This document shows, piece by piece, positions 1 to 13,119 of a DNA stretch of 64,000 nucleotides; position 1 is the first letter of the stretch, and every line of letters starts with the position of its first letter. Below the pieces are notes generated by a model. It had not been told where the DNA came from. It did no database searches and saw nothing but the letters and a program-made list of their open reading frames with translations. Both the position numbers and the translations under genes were made by a program. Where the stretch lies: positions 12,446,121 to 12,510,120 of the forward strand of contig NC_057718.1 of the NCBI RefSeq assembly GCF_004010195.1, given 5' to 3'. Source of the DNA: Chiloscyllium plagiosum. Taxonomy: Eukaryota.

Positions 1-358
1 ACAAAATTATGAGGGACATGGGTAGGATAAATAGACAAAGTCTTTTCCCCGGGGTTGGGGAGTCCAGAACTAGAGGGCAGAGGTTTAGGGTGAGAGGGGA
101 AAGATATAAAGGAGACCTACGGGGCAACGTTTTCACACAGAGAGTGGTACGTGTATGGAATGAGCTGCCAGAGGAAGTGGTGGAAGCTGGTACAATTGCA
201 ACATTTAAAAGGCATTTGGATGGTTATATGGATAGGAAGGGTTTGGAGGGATATGAGCCAGGTGCTAGCAGGTGGGACTCGATTAGGTTGGGATATCTGG
301 TCGGCATGGATAGGTTGTACCAAAGGGTCTGTTTTCATGCTTACATCTCTATGACTCT
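1..358 (+). mobile_element. CR1-clade (HER1-like) LINE 3' end, cut by the window edge
   Basis: ORF 9..368 reads LRGNVFTQRVVRVWNELPEEVVEAGTIATFKRHLDGYM, the typical CR1 ORF2 C-terminus. It ends in a CTATGACT-type tail. Confidence 0.92.
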
Positions 359-531
359 AAGATGGTGAAGTCTGAATTCACCAAAACTGAATGAAATGAA
401 AAGCCATACCATCTATTCAATGTTAATTGTCGTAAGTACCCATCTTCTTTGTTGATATCTTTTGGAGAAGAAAATCCACCATCTTTACCTGGTCTGGCCT
501 ACACATGACCCCAGACCTACAGCGATGTAGT

Positions 532-1012
532 TGGCTCTATAGGAAAGACATTGTGAAACTTGAAAGGGTTCAGAAAAAATTTTCAAGGATGTTGTCAGAG
601 TTGGAAGGTTTGAGCCAAACAGAGAGGCTGGGCCTATTTTCCCTGGAGCGTCAGATGCTAAGGGGTGACCTGAAAGAGATTACAAAATCATGAGGGTGAG
701 TAGTGAAGGTCTTTTTCCCATGGAGAGGAGTCCAAAAACTAGAGGGCATAGGTTTAAGGTGAGATATAAAAGGAAAGATATAAAAGGGAACTAAGAGGGA
801 ACCTTTTCACTCAGAGGGTGGTGTGGAATGAGCTGCCAGAGGAAGTGATGGAGGCTGGTACAATTACAACATTTAAAAGGCATCTGGATGGGTATATGAA
901 TAGGAAGGGTTTAGAGGGATATGGGCCAAGTGCTGGAAAATTGGACTAGGTTAATTTAGGATATCTGGTCAGCATGGATGGGTATATTTCCTTGTTGTAT
1001 GACTCTATGACT
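532..1012 (+). mobile_element. CR1 LINE 3' fragment inserted into an older SINE (flanks about 362-530 and 1013-1120)
   Basis: Translation YRKDIVKLERVQKKFSRML..LFSLERQMLRGDL. Its 3' part closely resembles 60-358 and ends in an ATGACTCTATGACT tail. Confidence 0.88.
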
Positions 1013-1639
1013 GTTACATGTCCCCTGAAATGGCACTTGCAAGCCATTCAGTTCTGGGGCAATTCAGGACGGGAAATAAATGGCCCCGCCAATGATACCC
1101 ACATCCCAAGAATGAATAAAATCACTCTTTACAAACACACCCTCCTTGGCCATTAAGTGCTGAGATTTGGTGACAGTTTTGTCATGACATCTCTGAACAG
1201 GTTGATTAAGGAAATACCCACAATCTATTCTGCTAATTGTCCATGATTCCACGTGTTCTGACTTCATCAAGAGACAGCTGAGTGTGGAGGGGCAAATCAG
1301 CAAGAGAAGTTCAGTCTGTTATAAACAGTCTTCAGAATATACCAAGCAGCAGTTTGCAGACCTGAGAATACAGAGGGTGTGTTTACAAAGAACAGTAACC
1401 TGGAGTCATAACAGTTTTCAAAGGTTTGCCAGGCACACAGGTCATTCGAGTTACTTCAAACAGCACATCACCATGATTCAAACTAAACATGAGTAAATAG
1501 ATCGAGGAAACCTAACTTCACCTTAAGTTCCTTTCCATCAGCTTCTCAATACATGTGCTTAACACTAATATCTGCACAGTTTTGCGAATCAATTTTGAGC
1601 TTGTTTTAAAGCAAGTGACAAAGGATTTATGGCATTTAC

Positions 1640-1990
1640 TTCTATAGGTTTTGAGAACCTTTGGATGTGTTGAAGCTCTTTCCAGTCAATGAAGTACTTT
1701 TTGAAATGTCACTGTCAGAATCCAGGAATCTCAAAATCCAATTTGTACACAGCAAGCTCCCATAAACAACAATGCGATAACAATCCGATGATGATGTATT
1801 TTTATGATGGTGATAGGGGGACAAATATTGGTCAGGGCACTGGGGAAAATCACTTAACTTTTTCTTCAAAATAATACCACCTGAAAAGACAAATAGGAAC
1901 TCTCCAAACAGCAGTACTTTCAACAGAGCAGCACTCCGTCAGTACCACACTGAATTGTCAGCTTTGTCCTGGAAGAGGACTTGAAACAAG
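1640..1990 (-). mobile_element. Degenerate DeuSINE-like (SacSINE1-type) SINE
   Basis: Reverse complement resembles the copies at 39500-39860 and 58925-59210 (AATATTGG.CAGG.CAC..GGG block and GCAGCACTCC.TCAGTAC block). Confidence 0.55.
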
Positions 1991-2020
1991 GACTGTTCAG
2001 AGGCTTTGGGGGAGGGGAGG

Positions 2021-2166
2021 TGAGTGTGTGTGTGTTTCTGTGTGTGTGTGTGTGTGTGTGCGTGTATGTGCTAGGTGAAATACTAGTTGATGTGTGTGCG
2101 TGTGTGTGTGTGTTTCTGTGTGTGTGTGTGTGTGTGCGTGTATGTGCTAGGTGAAGTACTAGTTGA
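2021..2166. repeat. (GT)n microsatellite inside a two-unit tandem duplication
   Basis: The unit GTGTGTTTCT(GT)nGCGTGTATGTGCTAGGTGAARTACTAGTTGA occurs twice, at about 2025-2090 and 2100-2166. Confidence 0.9.
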
Positions 2167-2730
2167 ATCTGAATCATTTTCAATGTACGCTCCATTTAAG
2201 AAAACCTCCAACCTTACTCTCAAAGGGACACTTTCGTTTGTCGAAGAATTGTTGCATTTTCTTGTTTTCTTTTCATGTCCTTTCACTGTAAGCTGTGCTC
2301 TGAGTGTGTGTGTGCTTAGGGTGTAAACAACTTCTTTCAAACCAAACTCCAGGAGCCTCCTGCCCTCATCTGTACACAGAAGCTGGCCATGGGTTACACA
2401 AGGCAGCTGTGTCCCTCGACAGATGAAAGATGTCCACTGTTTACACTTTTAGGTCTGCTGTTAGACAACCGTAACCATGTGACTCTTACATATTTTACCT
2501 GCTTTGTATAAATATTTTAAATGACTTAAAAACAACACCACTTGTGATGGAAGTGGTAGAGACGCCAGCCGAAGTCACAGAACCAACCTCAGGCTAAAGT
2601 AGCTTCCTCGTGAATTCTGGAAACATCCAAATTTGTCCAAAATGATGGATCACAATTAAATATTCATTTGTTTTACTCCACCCTATTGTTTTCCCTCTCC
2701 TTCCCCCTTTCCTCTTCCAGACTGTTCCCA

Positions 2731-2879
2731 TGATGTGGAGGTGTTTGTGTTGGACCGGAGTGGACAAATCAGAAATCACACGACACCAGGTTATAGTCCA
2801 ACAGGAAAAGAGGCAGTGCTCCCGAAAGCTTATGATTTCAAATAAACCTGTTAGACTATAACCTGGTGTCATGTGACTT
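2731..2879. mobile_element. Short fold-back Penelope-like terminal-repeat insertion (family B)
   Basis: Inverted arms TCACACGACACCAGGTTATAGTCCAACAGG / CCTGTTAGACTATAACCTGGTGTCATGTGA. TSD CAGACTGT(T/C)CCCA at 2718-2730 and 2880-2892. Confidence 0.75.
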
Positions 2880-3895
2880 CAGACTGTCCCCAGTTTCCCA
2901 CTGAAGCTCTTAAAATTGGGTGTCACTGAATAGACCAGTATTTATTGCTTGCTGTAATAACTCTGGAGAAGGTGGTGTTGAGCTGCCTTCGAGAACAGCT
3001 GCATAACTTGGGGAATAGGAACAGTTTTCATGCCTCACTCTAACTCATCAGCACATTTGGACGTATCACTGTTCAAGTCACTCTTTTCAACCAGCAACCC
3101 CTTCAAATCTCTCCCTGTCCTACCCCTGCTGCATGTCCTCTAGTGGAACTATAATGGACCCACTTTTTCTGGGTCATACTTCATTTCCCACTCCCATCCA
3201 GGACAAAAAAAAAACAATAAAGTCAGAAGTGGGAATGTTCATTGATAATTGCACAATGTTCCGTCTCCAACTCCTTAAATTCTGAATGAGTGAAAGTCCA
3301 TTTCCAGGAAGACCATTCAAGCTTGATTGGTAAGAAGTGATTAATAGGTTATGCACAACTCTCCAGTGCCAGACAATGCTTGTCTCCAACGAGAGAGACT
3401 CTAACTGTCTCCCTTTCAATGACATTACAATTGCATAACGTAATAGTTTGGAAGGGGATAATGTTAAAATGGCTCCACCATTCTGCTGATGACACGGAGA
3501 GACACTACATGTCTATATAGGGAAATGGTTTTCAAGAAGGAGATAGACAGAATTCTTCTGGATAAAGAGATCAAGGGGTAAGGGGGGAGGTCAGATTTAG
3601 AGTATTGACGTCAATGGTCAGCCATGACCGTATTGAATGGTGGAGCAGGTTCAAGGATCAGATGGCCTCCTCCTGCTCCTCTCTTCTTTATTTTTTATGA
3701 ATTAGGTGGGTGCCTGGGCACTAGATTTTAAAGGGCACCAATTATGTTATTTCGATTGCCAAGTAAATGAAGTTGAAATTTCATTCTAGATTTTTCATAT
3801 TTCTATATATTGAATGTGAGGGGCACGAAGGTCAGAAAGCACCCAGTCGTACACAGTCTGTGGGTGGAGACAAAGAACGGACTCTTACATTTCTT

Positions 3896-4660
3896 TTAGG
3901 TAAGTATTGGCTAAGTGTCGGTCCCCTAGGCAAGCTGTTCCTATACAGTTACGCACTAGCATCGACCCAACAATGTGGAAAATTGCCCAGGTATGTCCTG
4001 TACATAAAAAGCTTGGCAAATCCAACCCAGCCAGTTACTGGCCCATTAGTCTATTCTCGATCCTCAGTAAAGTGATGGAAGGTGTCATGAGTAGTGCCAT
4101 CAAATAGCAACTGATCAGCAATATTCTGCTCAGTGAAAGCCACTCAGCTCCTAACTTCATTACAGCCTTGGTTGAAACATGGACAAAAGAGCTAAATTGC
4201 AGAGGTGAGGTAAGAGTGAGGGTCCTTGACATCAATGCTGCACTGAACAGAGTGTGGCATCAAGGAGCCCTAGCAAACTCTCCACTGTTTGGAGTCATAC
4301 CTGGCACATAGGAAGGTGGTCATGATTGTTGAAGGTTTCATCTCAGCTCCAGGACATCTCTGCAGGAGTTCCTCAGCGTAGTGTCCTACACCCAGCCATC
4401 TTCAACCACTTCATAAATTATCTTCCCTCCATTATAAGTCCAGAAATGAGATGTTTGCCAATGATTGTACAATGGTCAGCACTAATAACGACTCCTCAGA
4501 CACTGAAGCAGTCCATGTTCAAATGTGACAAGGTCTGGACAATATCCAGGCTTGGCCTGCCAAGTGGCAAGTAACATTCATGCCACAAAAATGTCAGGCT
4601 ATGACCTTCAGCAATAGATAATCTAACCAGCACCCCTTGGCATTCAATGTTGTCACCATA
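3896..4660 (+). mobile_element. Degenerate CR1-group LINE reverse-transcriptase fragment (second family)
   Basis: PTMWKIAQVCPVHKK..SNPASYWPISLFSILSKVMEG and GVPQRSVLHP are non-LTR RT motifs, broken by frameshifts. Confidence 0.85.
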
Positions 4661-5655
4661 TCTCTAAATTCTCTTATTGTTGTTAACCCTGGCTGTGTTG
4701 GTAGTATACTTGCTTTGAGTTAGAAGTCACATGACATCAGGTTATAATCCAATAGTTTTATTTAAAATCACAAGATTCTGGACTGTACTTTGTTGACTTT
4801 GAAATTTTTGTGATTGTAATAGCTGCAAGATAAATGCTAGTTTTCTTATTAATTCCTAGCCTTTCAACTTATTCCACTTGTTCTTCTTGGTTAGTTAATC
4901 AAATCTTCTTTCTTCTTTCATTTAGTATTTCTAACTACTGTACGTGTCTCCATCTGTTGACATTCTCTTCCATTCATAACTTTTACACAGATCTAAAAAT
5001 CTTTTATCATCTTTTGTTTCTTTTGACTCTGTTCCTTGACTTTCATATTTTTGTGCTTTTGATTTATTTTCTTTAACTGATGTCAATTTATTGTTGTAGG
5101 CTTCTTATTTTTTCCAGTAATTCCAACGTGTTTACTTTCCCTCATTCTTCAGTTAATCCTGTTTCCGTCCCATAATCTTTCCTTCTTTGTTGCGTTCTTC
5201 AGTTGGCCTTTTTAATTTTCCTACCACCTTTGCCCTTTCTCATGCACTTTCTCCCTGTCTTCATAAAGGTCCCTGAAGCCATTCAAACTCTTGCCTTCAG
5301 ACAGGACCAAATGAATTTCTTGTCTAGGTATGTGGACAGAGTCACTGTTCAGAAATTCAGGCCACCAGTTAGTCAAGCGAATCTTAGCTAATCTGTTCAC
5401 CAAACCAAAAGAGATCACTCATGTGTCTATTCTTGTTTTTGCTATATATGTTCAAGGCTCTGAAAGGTTAATGGTCACGTTACATTTTCTACTGGAGTCT
5501 TACATGGTCTGTGGATGGAGACAAGGAATTCTCCTCTAGGTTTTGGAGGGAACAGATGTATCTATACCAGCTCCCTAAGGACTTAGTAATTTCCCTGACC
5601 AAGTGTAGATATATTTATTGTTATAGTGCAAAAACCTTGTTATTTAAGAACTCTG

Positions 5656-5880
5656 GATTAGAGTGGTGCTGGAAAAGCACAGCAGGTCAAGCAGCATCCG
5701 AAGAGCAGGAAAATCGATGTTTCAGGCAAAACCCCTTCATCAGGCCTCATTCCTGATGAAGGGTTTTTGCCCAGAACATCAATTTTCCTGCTCCTCGGAT
5801 GCTGCCTGACCTGCTGTGCTTTTCCAGCACCACTCTAATCTATATTCTGATTTCCAGCATCTGTAGTACCCACTTCTGCC
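5656..5880. mobile_element. Fold-back Penelope-like terminal-repeat insertion (family A) with hammerhead-like cores
   Basis: Inverted arms of about 90 bp (5656-5744 and 5751-5840). Perfect 15-bp TSD TATTTAAGAACTCTG at 5641-5655 and 5881-5895. CTGATGAAGGG..GCC(T)GAAAC core on the minus strand at 5716-5743. Confidence 0.85.
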
Positions 5881-8800
5881 TATTTAAGAACTCTGCCTCT
5901 TCTGTCAATAATTATTCGATTTGCCCAAGCACAATCAAAGACAAAGGAGAATGACAGCTCACAACCTCAAACAATCCTTACCCAGCACCACGTTCTGGTA
6001 GAGGTGGTAAATCCCTCAATGTAGCGGGAGTGGTCATTTGGGAAAATATCACATTTTGAAGTTGTGTGGACTTAACCTCGAACACAAAGAGGAGAAATCT
6101 AGAAGGCCAGGAAGAAAAGAGAAAAATTCAAGCAAGAGTGTTAACCACTTTAAGAAAGTAAAACTTCAGTCAGAAGCTGGTAAGCGGTGCAATGTCAAGA
6201 CTGTGAACAAGGAAAAGAGATAAATGCCAGCCTCACTTAGAAAATGTAGAGGTCTTAGAGAAGGAGGTTTGGAAAGGAACAAGTGAGATAAAGTTAGAAA
6301 TCCTGAAAGGGGAAGTGAATAGCTTTGTGAACAGCAGCACAAAGACCCAAAAAGAATGCTTCAGACTTTATTTAAACTGAAAATGAACAAATTAAAAGAA
6401 ATCTAATGAAAGAATCTAGTAGAAGAAGGAAAGTTCAGACAAATTAAAGATTTTAAAAGACCTGTACTCAGTAATTAAGCCATAATTTTAGTGAGGAGAT
6501 TTATATAGATTGCTGCTAGAGATGATTATTTAAAAAGTTCTGCAGAAGAATAGCACCTTGGATATTAAAAGGCAGAAAAACATGCATTTTTCCCAGTTAG
6601 GAGTGGGAAAGCTCTATCATTATTGCAGAACACAGGAACACCTTTGAAGAAATGTCAAGCTGCAATTTTGATTGTTAAAAAAATTAGGGGAAGCTTGAAA
6701 AGTTGGAAAACTCAATAAAAACACTAAAGAGAATTACAAAGAATGTAAATCTTGAAAGCAGTAACTTACTACAGAATAGCCAGTTATACAACTTAAAGGT
6801 CTATTGAAGAATTCAATACAGTATATCTGAAATATGGAGTTAAAATGACTGGCAAATAAAGCAAACATTGCAACTTTGTTGTGATACAGACCCTAATAAT
6901 CTCTACAGTCATTGAATTTAAATTAGCACTGGTGAATACAAGCTTAAGGAACAGCAGATTTAAATCAACATTGAAATGATAGAGATTTAAAATACCTTTA
7001 CAGTAATAAGATTAATCAACACATTGAGAAGAAATGGGAGAAGATATAATAGTTCATTACTTAATTCAAGATCAGAAATGGACCAAACAGAATACATTCA
7101 TGGATATGATAATTCTTAAGATACAACATTGCCTCAAAATCAAACACTAAGTGCAGAAATAACACACCATTACAGAGTTGTAGAAAAGGAAGAGGCTACA
7201 TATGCAAAAGCTTTAGTAGAGGACATCAATCTACTTCAGAAAAGATAAATAAGACATCTACAGGGGAAATTGGTGATCTCAGTGATCTGGAATTCACAGA
7301 ATTTGTTTATGTCAATAGAAAGTTGATTGAATTTATGTTTCACAGATTGATTATGGCACAGAAGGAGGCCATTCAGCCCAGCATGTCTGCGCCATCTCTG
7401 CAAATGAGCATCATTACCAAGTGGCAATCTCCTGCTTTCTTCAAAACTTGATACCAGTACCAATGTCACTTTCCGATCAGACCAGTTAACATGGATGAAA
7501 AAGAGAAGCTACAGTCTGCAGTGATGAGACGATGTAGCCAAGGTTAAAATAAACAATTAGAATTTGACGATTAAAGTGAGGGTTGCAGGTCGGACAATAT
7601 AAGTGAAGAGAGGGACACTGTTAGCATTTCAAGTCCAATAACACTCTTCTTGGGAATTCTACAAGTGACACTGCAATGTGAGGAGTGTGACAGGTGGAAT
7701 TATGGTTGGAATCTTCTAGGGATCTGTGCAATGAAACTGACGATCAGATTTGTGCCAGAATTGGAAGAGCTGTCCACGAGACTGGTATCTGCTTTGGGAG
7801 CACCTTTCTCCGTCCTTGATGCCTTTAACGAACAACAGAGCACGTTTTTCATGAGGCAGAGCTGAGGTGCCATTTAAAAGGATCATTGTTTGTTAAACAC
7901 CTGGTTGACGGCAACTGACCTCCTTAATATTCTGCTTTCTATCTGCGCCAAACAAGTTAGACATTGAGAAAACTCGCCACGGAAATCAGAGCAGGTACCT
8001 GGTGGATTCAGCTCACCATGTGCCCTGAATGACATCCATGTTGAATACCAGGCATTGACATCACATGGCATGGGCTATAGGAACCAGTCCCATGCACCTT
8101 TTTCATGGACAGTCGCATCCAACATGTCCCAGTTTCTAACAACTCTTAGGGCACATTTCTAATTCACTACAGGACATTTCTGCACTTTATTGCTGTGCCT
8201 CAGGCTATGAGGACACTGTGCACAGGGCCACACACCCAACTCATGGACCAGGCTGTATCTTGTGATTCTTCATTTACTTTCATAGTATTCACTGACTCTG
8301 GATCTACCTTAATGCTCACAGCATCTCTGCCTTTCCTTGCCTTTTTACACTGAGATAGCAGACTCATTATTCCTGACTTGCTCTGCCATTTAGCAGAGCC
8401 ATAAAGGAAGGAAGCTTGTCATGGTTGTCATCAGGTCTCAATGGGGAACAGTCTTCGTACAAGAGGTCCTAGCTCGACAAGTCAAAGGCAGCCTCCAATA
8501 CCAGTCCAAGGGCTTGGACTTTGTCAGTCAGCCATGCAAGGTGGTAAACGATAGGATCATATCCACACAAAGGGTGGGAGACTACCACCAGTCTGGATTC
8601 TTTATGCCCCACTGAGGGCTGTTTTGATCCTGGATTGCGACAGGCTGGAATGCGACCAGAGATGAAAGTGTGTGGCACAGCTAATACTGTGGCGCAGTTG
8701 GGAAGGCATCCTGAGTGAGTGAATAGGCAGTGCAGAGGGCATATAGGGGTTATTGGTGTCAAGGGTACGGGTGGATGAGCGTGAGAGAGGGAAGATGTTG

Positions 8801-8889
8801 CGGGCGATAATGAGAGTAGTAGAGCTTGGACCTCGATGGATACAAAGGCAGAGATAGAGTGAGGGTGAGGTATCAAAGAGAAGATGGTG

Positions 8890-9100
8890 TTACTTGGTGA
8901 TGTAGAGAAGGTCACTGACTCTCCTCCTACATTGCTGAGCACTCCTGCAGATGACAGAGACTGCCTGAGCCAGTAGTAAACTCAAAATTGGTCTGGTGTC
9001 AGGGCTTTCTGTGCTGGGCCTGGGGAACAGGAAGTCCTATTTGTGCATCACTCCATCCAGCAGGATCTCCAAATCTCAGTCCCACAAAATAGGGTATTCC
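8890..9100 (-). mobile_element. PIF/Harbinger Myb/SANT-like DNA-binding ORF remnant (element may span about 7700-9408)
   Basis: Minus-strand translation PYFV(fs)D*DLEILLDGVMHK*DFLFP ... LAQAVSVICRSAQQCRRRVSDLL matches the Harbinger Myb-like pattern PRFS..ELE.LL..V....LF...W..VA..V...R...QCRK..NDL. Confidence 0.65.
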
Positions 9101-10431
9101 CCAACTTGCCTTGTCTGGGGAAAATGTCGGGAAACCGTTCAGGGCTTGCTCAGGGCCACAATAGGTGTTTAAAGGTGATGGGAAGACAAGGGATTGTGCT
9201 GAATTCTGGGACATCTGCTAAGTGGTGACTATTTCCAGCAATGGTGCATGGTAAAATGGGGCTGGATCTGGAGGTGAGGGATGCTGTAGGGCCTGATAAG
9301 TATCTATCAAGGCACGTTTTGGAGGATGTGGCAAGCAAATCCATTAGGCCTATGGCAGAAATCCATCTCACAATTTGGATTTAGCTTAAAAATGGTAAAA
9401 TCATCCCTACATGTGTACTTTGCAATCAACACTCCTCATTTTTGATCTAAGCCAAAATTTTGGACCTCCTTAAAAAGTCACATTTCCCACCAGTTCCAAG
9501 AAAACAACCAGTCTAATATCAGCCATTGACCAACTGTTCAAGGGACAACCAGGAGAGGATTTCATTCCTAAACTCACCATGGGAACCAATGTGAAGAAAG
9601 AATCCATGGAGATTACCTATGTTGGCAGAAAAGACATGTTTCACATGGCCAAGGGGAGGAAATGGTCAGCAAGCCAAAAGAACTTCAAATCAATCGAGCG
9701 ATCAACAATTTCCTACCATTCACCAATGCTGCATTGAAGGAAGTCCAGACCAAGACTCCAGTGAATTTACCAAGAACATGCACATTGGTCAATAACGACA
9801 TGTCACAATTGCTAGTGTAGGACAGAAGACTAATTATCCCAACCTCCCTTCAAGAAGATATATCTTAAAGAATACACTGGGGACACTTAAGCATTGCCAG
9901 ATATATCTTCAAGCAGCATCATAGACAGAGTTCTTAAATGTAGTTTAACATTTCATAACTCACTGTGAAATCTGTGATTCTATGGGACTGACAGGGCTGG
10001 CAAAAAGTCCTATCATCAGAAGATAAAATTCTGCAAAGTTTGAGAAGAAACCAAGACTGAAACAAGAATGAGCTATACAACCCGTTGGAGCTCATTGAGG
10101 AATATTTAATTGAGGTTGTTCAGGCAGTAGAATACTTTAATGAACAACTTGATACAGCACAATTGTTAATGCCAAGGACAAAGATCATATAGAGAAAGGA
10201 ACAGTCTGTTAGTAACATGAATAAGGGTATGAGAAAATCTAAATCATCAGTTACTCTCTCACGATTGTGTAGTTTGTGCTGTCCATATAGCACACTCGGT
10301 CCTGGAGCAAGGCTGTTTTTTTTTTACTGTATTAGTTGTATATGGTAGAAATGACAAATAAAAAAACTACTCTCTCTACTCTCTAACAACGACATGTCAC
10401 AATTGCTAGTGTAGGACAGAAGACTAATTGT

Positions 10432-10750
10432 GGGTGGCACGGTGGCACAGTGGTTAGCACTGTTGCCTCGCAGCGCCAGAGACCCGGGTTCAATTCCCGA
10501 CTCAGGCGACTGACTGTGTGGAGTTTGCACGTTCTCCCCGTGTCTGCGTGGGTTTCCTCCGGGGGCTCCGGTTTCCTCCCACAGTCCAAAGATGTGCAAG
10601 TCAGGTGAATTGGCCATGCTAAATTGCCCGTAGTGTTAGGTAAAGGGGTAAATGTAGGGGTATGGGTGGGTTACGCTTCGGCGGGTCGGTGTGGACTTGT
10701 TGGGCCGAAGGGTCTGTTTCCACACTGTAAGTAATCTAATCTAATCTAAA
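10432..10750 (+). mobile_element. Young full-length HE1-type V-SINE (tRNA-derived head, HER1/CR1-like tail)
   Basis: A box TGGCACAGTGG at 10443-10453 and B box GGTTCAATTCC at 10487-10497. V-domain TGTGTGGAGTTTGCACGTTCTCCCCGTGTCTGCGTGGGTTTCCTCCGG, then a (TCTAA)n tail. Confidence 0.93.
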
Positions 10751-11693
10751 CACAAATGATTACTGAAGATATCCGGCCTGATCAAAAGAGATAAATTGCA
10801 TACAGCTTCATAGTAACTATTCAAATATCCAGATCCAGGATATGGTCAAGAGGAAGGAATTGGCCAGACTATTTTGAGAAAGCAATTGCTGGAAAGATCC
10901 AACATATTACAAGGAAGAAATTATTTCTTTCAACATAGCAGCTGTCTTCCAGGAAGGAGATTCAGACAATCAGGATATTCCAGATAAGGTAGAACAATAA
11001 AGAGAAATACCAACCATCAAAGGATATTTGAGTCAATGAGATCCTCCAGTGGTAAAATAATCCATGGATCAGACCAGGGTCAACAGTCCTCAAGCAAGAG
11101 GCCAGCCATTCTTCAAAGTCCAAACACAATGTGCCATGAGAAATGTATGAAATGCTCAGACCATTGGCATTCATGAAGCCAAAGACTTGGGGGGAGATGG
11201 AGTAATGAGTGGTAAATGTAATATAATTATATAAGTGATTGATTAATGGATTAATTATTGGAGAAAAGTACTCAATGGTAAGATGTGTAAGATTATCAAT
11301 TTTGTCAATCCAATTCAGTGAGATTAGTTACCAGAGAAAACTATCACTTTTTCATTCTCTCTCACACAAACTCGTACACACAACACTATGTGCAGCTGAA
11401 GATGAAAACAAATACTCATAAAATTGGTGTCAAGGTTAGTTTCTGTTTCGGTGCAGGCCTGTTGTTTCATAGTTGAGTTTTTACGCTGTCTGAAGTGGAG
11501 ACTGTGGGGTAGCAGGAATGTCTCAGTGGCAACAATGGCTTCTCAAGTTGATCTGCCAGAGGCGGTTTATAGAGTTGGGTTCGAAGGTGGAACAATGTAG
11601 AGGTGAAGTTCTGCTTGTGAAGAAAGTCTGTTTATTTTACTGAGGGAGGATTGCATCATGTGCCCCGGACAATCTGGCAACCAACTCAAACAT

Positions 11694-11913
11694 GCGGGAG
11701 AAAGTGAGGACTGCAGATGTTGGAGATCAGAGTTGAGAGTGTGGTGCTGGAAAAGAACAACCGGTCAGGCAGCATCCGAGGAGCAGGAGAATCGACGTTT
11801 TGAGCATAAGCACTTCATCAGGAATCTGAAGAAGGGCTTATGCCTGAAACGTCATTCTCTTGTTCCTCAGATGCTGCCTGACCGGCTGTGCTTTTCCAGC
11901 ACCACACTCTCAA
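11694..11913. mobile_element. Fold-back Penelope-like insertion (family A) with hammerhead-like core
   Basis: Inverted arms at about 11731-11822 and 11826-11914. TSD CAA(C/T)TCAAACAT at 11682-11693 and 11914-11925. Core CTGAAGAAGGGCTTATGCCTGAAACGTC at 11826-11853. Confidence 0.85.
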
Positions 11914-13119
11914 CAATTCAAACATCAGTTAGTCCATCTCCCACCTGATATGATGGCTTTGCACAACTAGATCAGTGTCCATGCTTGAAGAAAAGTCATT
12001 AAAGTTACTGGAGTCTATTTGCTTTTGTGGATATCCACTGAATACAGATGCATTGTTTTGGTTTCCGAGTGTCCCCTGTTGTTACCTCTGGAAATAAGGG
12101 AGAGTTTGAATCCACAAAGAGTCAGGTGATCCTGAGAATCCATTTTGAATCAATTCTTTTAAAATTAGTCTGAAATGTAATCTTTAGAAATAGTTTCCAA
12201 GTTTTGTAATTCTGTGAAAACACTGTCATGACAACAACCATAAGAAGAAAAATAAATCAATGATTTTACAAATATTATAATCAGATTGAGATAATAGAGA
12301 TTTGACAGTTATTACAGAGGACAGGGAATCTATGGGACAAACTGCCCAGGGAGTCTGTGGAAATGGATAGTGCTGGTAAATTCATGAGGAGAAGAGATAG
12401 ATCATTGGCAGCATAGGATATTGGAGACAGGGAGGTGAGGGTGCAGAGATGCAATGGCGTCTTCCAACCCTGTATTAACAAAGGAGTCAGTTACAAAGAG
12501 AAAATTTCCCTTATGATTTTTGACCTTGTAATGTGCGGGTAGAGACTCAGAGAGGCTTGAAAGGAGCACACTGTCAATAAACTTGTCTCCCACTGGAGCA
12601 GATGAAAGCTGGCCAGCAGGAGCAGCTGCAGTTTGTGTTGAGGACTTGAGCCTGTGTTGATGCGAACATACTTTAGGCTTGTTTTATTAGTGCAAGGCCC
12701 GGCATCAGTTACCGTGCCAAAAATAGTCTCGCTCTTAAAGAATCGTCAGTGTGGCCCAAAAGTCCTGGAACATTTCATCCCTTTAACAGCTCCACTGCCT
12801 CACAGAAACAGGACTATAGAATCAAGCGTTGTCGCTCAAAGGTTTCTTTGTATTCGTGCTGGCATTAAACACTTTGGCTGCTGCAAGGCATGAGAGGAAA
12901 CAATGTCCTCACTCCTTCAGATATGTCAATTCAGTGAAATCCCATCGCTCACTGCACAACCCAAATTATCTTCATACAACCCACTTTCAAAATTAATTTC
13001 TAGCTCCCAATTCCTCACCATGCTTTAGGTTCCCCATGTAACTGACAGCTTCCTGAGAGATCTTTTCTGAGGTATTTGTCTGCTCTGTAAAAGTCAAGTA
13101 AATATTCCCAGAGGATTGC

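Larger units (their letters stand above)
6550..11420 (+). mobile_element. Highly degenerate ancient non-LTR (CR1-group) ORF2 remnant interrupted by younger insertions
   Basis: A-rich strand with eroded motifs in the expected order: YRP (about 6895), TSTGEIGDLSDLEFT like PTRG..LDL.FT (about 7255-7300), PGEDFIP (about 9550), KNFKSI like KNYRPI (about 9680), LFHSLSHKL like LFNSLP (about 11345). Confidence 0.35.

Noticed and set aside
2083..2450. Open minus-strand frame of about 120 codons (..LEFGLKEVVYTLSTHTLRAQLTVKG..)
   Set aside because: No recognisable domain, it runs into a microsatellite, and there is no convincing pair of splice sites.
4800..5280. Strongly T-rich strand-biased tract, possibly a decayed retroelement ORF on the minus strand
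   Set aside because: No motif could be read from it, so no family call is supportable.
8469..8942. 157-aa minus-strand ORF
   Set aside because: Low-complexity Pro/Ser/His-rich reading within the Harbinger-like remnant. The meaningful motif is in a different frame.
10432..10505. tRNA gene
   Set aside because: The A and B boxes belong to a SINE head that runs straight into the V-domain and LINE-derived tail.
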